Below, one piece after another: positions 45,887 to 55,600 of a stretch of DNA of 56,283 bases. The notes below the pieces were generated by a model. It did no database searches and was not told the DNA's origin. It was given only the letters and a program-made list of their open reading frames with translations. The DNA comes from a virus (lineage: Duplodnaviria > Caudoviricetes). The position numbers and the translations under genes are program-made. Numbering within the stretch: position 1 is the stretch's first letter; the number at the start of each line of letters is the position of its first letter. The stretch spans positions 1 through 56,283 of IMG/VR virus record IMGVR_UViG_3300036985_002190; one strand, given 5' to 3'.

Positions 45887-47964
45887 TGGCAAAGAAAGAA
45901 ACTCAAAATTTATCAAGAGCATTTGGCTTCACTGAGGCAGATTATTCTACTGGTGGTAATTTATATTTCCTTGGTGGTATTAAACCTCCAACCACAATGC
46001 AAGGTAATGCTGGCAATGTAGCTGGTAGTATTGGCGGAATGATTCCAACTGACACTAGAGGTGGCGCTACTGCTTCTGGTGCATTAAAAGGCGCTGAAAT
46101 GGGCATGGCCCTAGGCCCTTGGGGTGCTGCTGCTGGAGCTGTAATTGGCGGTGCTGCTGGATATATTGGTCAAGACAACAAAATGAAACGTGCAGACTTT
46201 GCAGACAATGCTAATGATATGCGTCAACGTAATGAGATGCTTGGTATTAAAGCCAATGGTGGATCACTTAGATCATATGAAGTGTCAGATGCAAAGCCAT
46301 TTACTAGTTGGTATGATTCACAACCATTCTACACCGAAGCATTACAAAATAAATACAAAGATCTTCCAACCAAGGAGATTCTAGGCAACGCAACTAACGA
46401 TAAGTCATTTAGAAACAGTAAGTTAAATCAATATAATGATAGTTTAATATCTAAGTATGGCGACAAATACCTAACTGCAAATGAAGTTGATAGTGTTGCC
46501 AAGCTTAATAACATACCAAATATATTCGACTTAGATAAGCAAGTTAAATCATCTGATTACAATGGTGCAGGAGAAATGAATAATACTATGGGATCTAAAG
46601 AGGATACTTTAAATAAATATGGTTATAGAATGATGCTAAATAGGTCTTTTCCAAAAGGACAATCACCATATAAAGCTATGGGTGGTTTTATAACTGCATC
46701 TGGAGTTCCAGCTAATATGGTAACAGAATATGCAGATGGTGGTCTTTTAACTGAATTTGGAGCTGGTGGCAGTCACGAAAGTTCACCAACACAAGGAGTA
46801 CAGCAAGGAATTTCTAGTGATGGAACTCCTAATCGTGTTGAAGAGGGCGAAACTAAATACCAAGATTATATATTCTCGCACAGATTAAAGTTAGATGAGC
46901 GAGCAGTTAATGAACACAACTTACCAAAATCTATGATTAATAAAACATTTGCAGATGCATCAAAGAGGATTGCAAAGTTACATAAAGAACGTCCTAACGA
47001 TCCAATAACTAGAGACACAATGAAATCTAAGATGGATCACCTAATGATGGCTAACGATGAGATTCGTGAATACGAGCAATCTAGTATGATGGCTATGGGT
47101 GGACATTTATATGATGGATTATCTGAGAAAACCGGCAAGTTAAATATAGGTCAATTTAACACAACTTGGACTCCGCCAGAAGCAATAATAGATCAATACG
47201 AAGCACCTGGATTTGGCCCTGGGATGAAATATAATGATAAAATAACTGGCATTACAGATGGTGGCCCAGGACATGCCGGAGGAAGCGGTTGGGATAAGCA
47301 ATATCAAGCAAACACTGGCAGTAAAATCGGAAGCTTTCTGAAAGATCCTAAAAATCTTAGATATGCACCAATAGCTTTCGATGCTTTAGCTGCAACTGGA
47401 TTATTCGGTAAATCACCAAAGCCAGAACAATATAGTCCAACGTTAATTAAACAGCAAGGTAGCTTAACTGCGCCTCAAATCAACGAGGAAGCAATGAGAG
47501 CTAAAATAGATGCAGCTTATCAGAATCAAATTAGAGGATTAGCTGGAGCATCTGGAGGTTCAGGGGCGGCACTTAGAGGCGGTTTAACGGGACTTAGTGA
47601 TGATTATATGTCAGCAGTAGGGCAAGGATTTCTAGGGGCTGATACAGCCAATAAACAGGCTAAAATGCAAGCTGATCAATACAACCTAGGCACAGCTGGA
47701 AACATTGCTTCCCAGAATGCTCAGATGATGAATCAAGCAGGATTATATAATAACCAAATGATAAATCAGAATAACGCTCTGAACTATGACAATAGAATGT
47801 CATATTTAGGCAAAGGAGCTGAGGGTCTTGGAGATATTGGCTATGAAGCTAGAAATGCTGAGATTCTTCCAAGAATATTTGGATATACAGACCTAGCAAA
47901 ATATGCTCCAAATTCAAAAGCTTGCGGTGGACGACTGCGAATGATGAATCGTAAGAAAAAATAA
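45886..47964 (+). CDS. Ejected virion cargo protein with glycine-zipper segment and xAxGG repeats
   Basis: GMALGPWGAAAGAVIGGAAG; GGSHE.SP..GVQ.G...N.VEEGET...YIFS.RL; LRYAP; Q/N-rich coiled coil. Confidence 0.75.
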   Translation: MAKKETQNLSRAFGFTEADYSTGGNLYFLGGIKPPTTMQGNAGNVAGSIGGMIPTDTRGGATASGALKGAEMGMALGPWGAAAGAVIGGAAGYIGQDNKMKRADFADNANDMRQRNEMLGIKANGGSLRSYEVSDAKPFTSWYDSQPFYTEALQNKYKDLPTKEILGNATNDKSFRNSKLNQYNDSLISKYGDKYLTANEVDSVAKLNNIPNIFDLDKQVKSSDYNGAGEMNNTMGSKEDTLNKYGYRMMLNRSFPKGQSPYKAMGGFITASGVPANMVTEYADGGLLTEFGAGGSHESSPTQGVQQGISSDGTPNRVEEGETKYQDYIFSHRLKLDERAVNEHNLPKSMINKTFADASKRIAKLHKERPNDPITRDTMKSKMDHLMMANDEIREYEQSSMMAMGGHLYDGLSEKTGKLNIGQFNTTWTPPEAIIDQYEAPGFGPGMKYNDKITGITDGGPGHAGGSGWDKQYQANTGSKIGSFLKDPKNLRYAPIAFDALAATGLFGKSPKPEQYSPTLIKQQGSLTAPQINEEAMRAKIDAAYQNQIRGLAGASGGSGAALRGGLTGLSDDYMSAVGQGFLGADTANKQAKMQADQYNLGTAGNIASQNAQMMNQAGLYNNQMINQNNALNYDNRMSYLGKGAEGLGDIGYEARNAEILPRIFGYTDLAKYAPNSKACGGRLRMMNRKKK

Positions 47965-47997
47965 TTAACTTTGCATTTTAACATTAAATAATATAGA

Positions 47998-49671
47998 ATG
48001 CCATACATTCCTCAATTTAATAAGATTTCCCTCCAGGAGCAGGCTTATGCGCCTACTCTAATGCGTCAGCAGCATGACGAAGCTGTAGCTAAACAGATGG
48101 AGTTAGCTGATGCTTTAAAGTTTGATTATTTAAAGCAGGATGCTTCAATCTTAGAGCCAGTACTAAATAAATACAGTGAAGATATTCAGAAGGTTAGTAC
48201 AGATTTAGCCAAGCAGGGATTTACTCAGGACACTAAGAGTAAGCTTCTTGGATTGAGATCTCAATATACAACTGATGATAAAATTCGTCAGGTTAAGAAA
48301 AATTATTCTGATGCAATGTCGCAATGGGACGATATTAGAAAACGTATGATTCAAGCTGGAAGGCCTGGATCTGATATCGAGAACCAAAAACAATCATTCT
48401 TTTCTAACTATCAAGGTGCATTTAGTCCTGATGGTTTTAAAAATGAATTTACAGCTGGTATAACATCTGGATATTATGATATTGTTGAAGATGCAAAGAA
48501 GGCAATGACTGGCATCGGAACTACTGGACAGATAGTTGGATCTAGTGGATCTAGCATTAAACCGGCTACGTTAAAAGATGCTAATGGAAATGTAATTGCA
48601 TCTGGTTGGGAGACCACTGATAATAAGACTGGACAGAAAGTATTTAATAAAGATCAGAGACTAGCTGTTGAAGCATATTTAAATGCTGAATACAATGATC
48701 CATCAACAGATAGAGGTTTATATGCGCAATTGAATAAGATTACTCCAGAACATATTCAGAACGCAATTGCAAATGTATCTAAGTCAATGACTGAAGATCG
48801 TTATGCTCAATTGCCACAGCAGGATACTAATATCTCTGGGATGACTAGAGCAGAAGGTTCGTCATCATCAGTTCCACTTGGATACCTAAAACAATCTGGA
48901 TACGGATTGGTAGCATCTGACATTAACGACTTAGATAAGAAAGTATATGAAGATGTCGCAAATAAGTTAGCTAGAGATGAAGCTAAAGCTACAGGGCTAA
49001 CAGGTGTAAGTACTTTGGCGGATCTTAAGAAAGCTGCTGGTGAGGTTAAAGCAGAAAAGATGGCTGTTACTCAAATTGGTGGGCCTAGTGTAATTAACTT
49101 TCCAACAGCAAATGCAGTAAAAGCAAAAAATGCTATCAAACAAATAGAAGACAAGCTTAAAAACAAAGCTGAAGGAACAGCACTGCCAACATACGAAATA
49201 AATACGATCGTAATGGCTAGCGGCAAGAGCATAAATGAAGCCAATGATCTTCAAAAAGGATTTGATGATTACGTGTCTAAGCATATAAATAGATTCACCC
49301 CAGTTGGTGGAGATAAAGATGATCTTGGAGATTTAGTCAAGAACATTACGGTAACAGATTTCTCTCCAAACTTTAAATCTAATCAAGCTGGCATCGTTTT
49401 ATATTTACATGGCGAGGATAAAAATGGTAAGTCTAAAGATATTCCAGTAACGCTAGATGGAACTGACACAAAAACTGAAGAAACATTAGTTAGTTATTTA
49501 AATCAGATGAATCCTATAATTGGATTAGAATATCAATACGGCAAAGAAGATGAATCTGGTAAGGATGAGTTCTTAAGTGATTTAGAGAAAGCTATTCCAT
49601 ACATGACAAATCCACAGGCAATAATTTCAGCAACATCATTTGTAGAGAGTAAAAAATTATATAGAAAGTAA
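47998..49671 (+). CDS. Putative ejected virion cargo protein
   Basis: N-terminal PQFN.ISLQE...P; helical; lies between cargo genes; TAACTTTG box at 47966-47973. Confidence 0.65.
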   Translation: MPYIPQFNKISLQEQAYAPTLMRQQHDEAVAKQMELADALKFDYLKQDASILEPVLNKYSEDIQKVSTDLAKQGFTQDTKSKLLGLRSQYTTDDKIRQVKKNYSDAMSQWDDIRKRMIQAGRPGSDIENQKQSFFSNYQGAFSPDGFKNEFTAGITSGYYDIVEDAKKAMTGIGTTGQIVGSSGSSIKPATLKDANGNVIASGWETTDNKTGQKVFNKDQRLAVEAYLNAEYNDPSTDRGLYAQLNKITPEHIQNAIANVSKSMTEDRYAQLPQQDTNISGMTRAEGSSSSVPLGYLKQSGYGLVASDINDLDKKVYEDVANKLARDEAKATGLTGVSTLADLKKAAGEVKAEKMAVTQIGGPSVINFPTANAVKAKNAIKQIEDKLKNKAEGTALPTYEINTIVMASGKSINEANDLQKGFDDYVSKHINRFTPVGGDKDDLGDLVKNITVTDFSPNFKSNQAGIVLYLHGEDKNGKSKDIPVTLDGTDTKTEETLVSYLNQMNPIIGLEYQYGKEDESGKDEFLSDLEKAIPYMTNPQAIISATSFVESKKLYRK

Positions 49672-49672
49672 T

Positions 49673-52600
49673 ATGGGATTAAATCCAAATACCAAAGCGC
49701 TAATAGCAGATTACGATAGTAAATTTCAACCAGATCCAATGAGTCAGCCTATTAAAACTAGGTTTGACTTTTCTGCGTTTGATAAAGTATCACAATCTGA
49801 TGTTGTTCAAGCTCAGCCAATATTGACAAGTCAAAAATACGAAGACTTTAATGAGTACATTCCAAGAAAAATAGATCCTATATATGGAGATATTGAGGAG
49901 CAGCGCGCTCAAAATCAAGGAAACTTTGAATTAATTGGAAAGGCTTTAGGTCAAGCTGTAACTGAAACAACTCTAGGTACAATTGAGTCTGCTGGATATT
50001 TATTAGATGCTCCTGGAATTTATGATTCTATTGCTGGCAATGAAAAAGAGTTCGACAATTTCTTCTCTAAGATATTTAGAGACGCCAAGAATAATATTGA
50101 CGAAAAGTATTTTCCAATATATCAAACTCACGCAGCAGAAAATGGCGCTATCTTTGATCGTACATCATTTGCATCAAACATAAAAAGCTTAGCAACATCA
50201 TTAACATTAATGCTTCCAGCTCTTGGAGTAGCTAGGGGAATTAATATTGCTGGTAAATTAGCTGGTATGGGTGCTAAAACTATTGCGTTAACCGAAGCTG
50301 TTGGTGCTGGTCTTGCATCAAGACATGGTGAAAATACCATGGAGGGGCAACAATACTTGCAGCAATATACTGAAAAGAATAAGCAAGACCTAATGCCTAA
50401 GTATCAGCAAATGGCCGAAGCAGAACTTGCTTCACTTCCATTGGTTATGCCACCAAATGAATTTGGATTTTCACCATACACTCAGGAAGATAGAGCTAAG
50501 GCTGAATCAAATATTATTAATAAATATAAAACTCAATTAGAATCTGAAGCTTCTCAAATGGCCGTCAAGGGAGCCAATAGAGTATATGCTGCTGATGGCG
50601 CATTGGCTGTTGTTGACATTCTGCAATACATGCCATTATTTAAAGGGTTTGGTAATGTGCTCAGTGGAGTTAAATATGCTAAACCTGTTGAGACTACATT
50701 TCAGATGGTCTCAGAGGCTGGAGAGGAAGGATTCCAACAAGGTAATCAACTTGAAGCATACGAGTCTACCAAGGCTGGTATTGATATGTTTGGGCCTGGT
50801 TATTCAGAACGGCTTGGAGAATATCTTAAAGATAAAGATATGAAGACTAGCGCTTTCTGGGGAGCTATGGGTGGTGGTGTATTTGCTGCTGCTGGGCCAA
50901 TCGCAAAGAAAGCTATTGATTCATACACAGATATAGATCTAACTAGAAAGCGTGCTGCTCTTCGTAATGACGTAGATGCGTTTAATAAGATTGACGATGA
51001 TATTAAAACAGATTTAATATTTAAACATGCTAAGCGTGGTAGATTAGATAAGCTGTCTGCCGATATGGATGCTCTAGATCAATCTCTGGATGATCAGAAT
51101 TGGAACGAAATTGGTATTACTAAAGAGGAAGCTCAGGCTAAAATTAAATCATTTAAAGAAGACATAGCATTTGCTAATGAGCAGAAAGCTATTATAGAAT
51201 CAAATCCAAATTTTAAAGATCATAAAGATGCTGCATTAGACTTTCTAGAAACTAAACTTAAAGCTAGAAATAGTGGTAAGCAAATTAAAGATCTTAATAT
51301 ATCGTTAACACAATTATATAGAGAAGTCTTAGATAACGGAGAGTTAGATTCTGGACTTTTAGAAATCAAAAAATTACAAGATAATTTAAATGCGTTTAAA
51401 CAGGTTAAATCTAATTTAACTAGTATTCCATCATTTAAGAAAGATAAAGCTCTTAAAGAGTCTACAAATGGCAAACTAGACGTTAATATTGGCTTGCTAC
51501 AAGCTAAACTTAATGATGCCATATCTTTATATAAAGAAAGTAATCCAACTGTAGATATTAACACTGCACTCAAGACTGTTAATGATCCCAAGATTACACA
51601 AAAATATAATAGGCTTAAAGAGTTGCAGATTGTTTCTGATGATGTAATTAAGCCCACTTTAGCTGCATATGAAAAAGCTTCTGTTGTTAAGGAGAAGGAT
51701 GCTAAACTTAAGGAAGATCAAGCTACCGTCAACAGAGAAACAGTTGTAGATAACATAAATAACGCTACTGATGAGAACGATATTGATGCAACATTAGAAG
51801 CTGCTCCAGAAGAAAATACTGACGACGCTATTAATGCTGTAAATAAAAAAGCTGAAGACGAAGCTATTGATGCTCCAGATACTCCAGATCTTAGATATAA
51901 GAATAGACCAAATCTATTCACTAAAGAGATGGGTGATTTGGAAACTCACGTTATTGGAGAATATAATAATCAATTGTCTCAATCTAATCAAGATGAATTA
52001 TCTATGATAGTTTTATCTGAAAATGCAGATGAATTCAATAAGAATTATATGGGCTTATATAATAAAGCTCAAAGCAATCCAGAAGCTGAAAAATTATTCT
52101 CAACATTGCAAAAGTTCTATGAAAACATTGGCAAATCTAGAGCAGATTTAGCTGATGCAAAAAATATTAAAACTGATGGAGAACATCCAATAGATGAATT
52201 TGAAGATACTGTAATTTCAGATTTTCATCCAGATGGAAAAATTTCGTCTGATATTGGGTATGCTCCTAATGATGAGACAATAGCGCCATCTCAAGGAATT
52301 TCGCCCAATAAAACAGCAATAAGACAATTTACAATAACAAAAGGCAAAAACAATAAAACTGTAATCAAAAGAGTTGATGGTGTTGCTGAATTGGATAAAA
52401 TTGCTAAACAGATGCCTATTGATTGGGATTACGTTAACGATCCTAAGTCTATGGCTGCTGGATCAGAAATATACTTTATAGTTAATCTTGATGATACAAT
52501 TAGCACTAAGAAAACTGATTATCACAAGAAGTTGCAAGGCGATGATTTTATTCACGGGTCACAAATATTAATTGCTCAGAAAGATGCTGACGGTAGGCCA

Positions 52601-55600
52601 CACATTATATCTGCATTACCAATATATCAAGGGAGTAATGTCACCGAAAATGGCTTAAAATTAAAAGCACTTAGGGAACAAATTTGGCAAGGAGTTAAAT
52701 CTTCTGGTCAGAAACTTGGCGTATATAATTCAGGCATTACATCAAAGATTACTAAGAAGTATTCTGGAATGTTATTAATATCTAATACTAAGAATAATCC
52801 TCATGAAGTTTTAAAAGCTGGTGAAAAATTAGTTTTAGGTATTGCTAAGAACATTAATGGCAAAACAACCATTGATGCTGGTAAAAACGTTGACGCTGAA
52901 TATAGTGGAATCGAAGTAGACAACTCCAATGATGGTGGTATCTTTATTATGCTTAAAGGAGCCAATGGTAGAATTATACCAGCTAGATGCTTTACTGCTC
53001 AGTTACAGCGATTCCCAGAATTAATGGCTCAGGCCAAGAAATTACTTACTGAGACGAATAAAGATAATTGGGCTGTCAATAGAGAGCAACTTCGTAAAAT
53101 AGTATATATAGATTATAATTATATACCAAAGACTGATTCATTTGAATTACGCGATAAGTCTGGTAATGTAACTACATTTACTAAAGATGGATTGGATGCT
53201 ATTTTTAGAACTAAAATTGTTCAGGTAGCATCGTCTGAGATTAATCGTGGCAATTATAACGAGACCATATCTAAGCAAGGTAGATTAAAAACAGATATAA
53301 CTCCTGGCAATCCTATTGTTAATTCAAACTTTGAATTCTCATTAGATTATCAGACGCCAATACAAAAAGTTGAGGCTAATCAAATCTCAGTTAATGAAGC
53401 ATTATCATCTGATGAAGCTAGAGCTATTATTGGTGATGAATTTAGTGGACATCCAACAGTTGCACCACAGCCTAAATTAATTGAAAATAATAATCTTCCA
53501 ACTGAAAATGTTAATAAAGAAAATATAATTGATCAAAAAACCGATATTGAAAATAAAAGGCAAGAAGCTTTATCTAGACTATATCAACACGGATCAAATG
53601 CCCCAGGTAAGGCTTATGGTTGGGTTGTTATGTATAATAAATATAGCCCTGATTATCAAAGATTAAAGGATGATTATTGGGATGATGAAGTGTTGGCTTA
53701 TAATACAAATAAGCAACTTGCTATTGATAAAATTAATGCCAAATATGACGCAGATCTATCGTCACTCCCAATAATTAAGGAGTCACTAATAGAATTGCCA
53801 TCATTTGAGGATTTTGAGAATCCACTTGGAGATAATAATATTCCACCAACTAAATTTAAAGTTGCATCTAATAAAGAATTCTATCAGAAGTGGGATGAGC
53901 TAAAAGAAACTAAATGGTTTAAAGATAGATTTGATGAATCATTGATAGACACCAATAAATTCAGAGACGGATTAATTAACATATCTAAGAATGGTGGTAT
54001 TCAAGCTTATGGTATGTTTAAGAATGCAGTTGCCTACATTAGTGGTGCAGCACAGACAGGAACTACTTATCACGAAGCATTTCACGTAGTATTCAATTTA
54101 TATCTCAATGAATTACAAAGAGCTCAGATGCTCAAAGAAAATGCTAGCTTAGGTAAAACTGACATTGAGATTGAAGAAGCTATTGCTGAGAAATTCATGG
54201 ACTACGTTAGATCTGAAGAGTTAGATAAAGGTGGTCTTGGTAAACAAATAGTAGATTTCTTTAAACAGATTTACTATATGATTAAGTCTAAGATTACTAA
54301 TGATTTAACTTTAGATCAAGTATTCTTTCAGATTCAGCATAAGATGTATAGGAAGTCTCCATTCACTAGAGACGTAGATTCATTTAAAGTTGTTAGATAT
54401 AGTATAGCAAACATGACTCCATATGAATCTCAGCGTAGGGCTGTTGCCTTATCTGATGAGATGCGTAAGGCCTTAGATTCATATATTGAGCAGAATTCAG
54501 ATTTAAATAATACTCCTAGAAAGGATGTTATTGCAGGAATGCAACATACCAATGAGAAAGGTGTTAAATTCTCTGGATTGGATATGCTTGCTCTTAAGGC
54601 TAGGTCAGAACTCATTAAAATATATAATAGTGGAGTTTTAGATTCAACTCAGAAAGCTTCTATGGCTAAGATGATTAAAGAATTTATCTCCATGGATGCT
54701 AGTGGTCAAGTTGTGTTTGGTGAATTGGCTAGGAAATCATTACTACAATTTGCTAAAAATGAAGGGCTTAGTATTAGATTATCATCTAAAGAAATATTCA
54801 GCTCCGTAGATTCAGCTGATGCAGATCCGCAAGATGATTTATTTGAAGATGACAATCCAAGAGAAGGTTATCAAATTAAAGCAGAAAATGTATCTCATAA
54901 AGAGTCTTTGTCTAATGAGGTTCGTAAAGAGCTTAGTTATATTCCGCAAACCAAAGAAGATGGATCTCCAGAATTGGATGACCTAGGCTTTATTATATAC
55001 CAAGATTTTAACACTGTTTTTAGCGATTTGCAGCGCGATCTTGCCAATAGCGTAGATTCTGTTGAGATGATGGAAAGACTGTCTGAAACGGTCAATAACA
55101 AGCCTTATTTGACAGATATATACAACAAGTTAAACACTGATTTAAACTTAAGGACTAAATTCTTTGTTAACTTCCAATTATCGCATGTAGATTATGTTAC
55201 AGTTCGTCAAAGAAAACAATACATACCGCCAATAACCAAAGGTGCTAAAGGAACTTACAGTTATCAATATCATATATTCTCATCAAATAGAAATGGTGTT
55301 AAAAATATTTTAGTTGATGAGTGGAAAGATAATTCAGTTGATCCAGCATTCAACAAAACTGTTAATAAAGATGGTTCTATTAACATGAGTGAGGTCGCTA
55401 AAGTTAAAACTCAATGGGATAAACTTACTGCAATTCTTAAGACCAAGGATAATTACGGCACAAGTGAAACCAAGCTTATGGCTAATATTTTAAATCACAT
55501 AGGTATAACTATCTCAGTTAAAGACCTTAATGATTTAAATAAGAACTATACATCAGCTACCGGCAAAATAACTTACGGTAAGACTAAAGTTAATGCTCTT

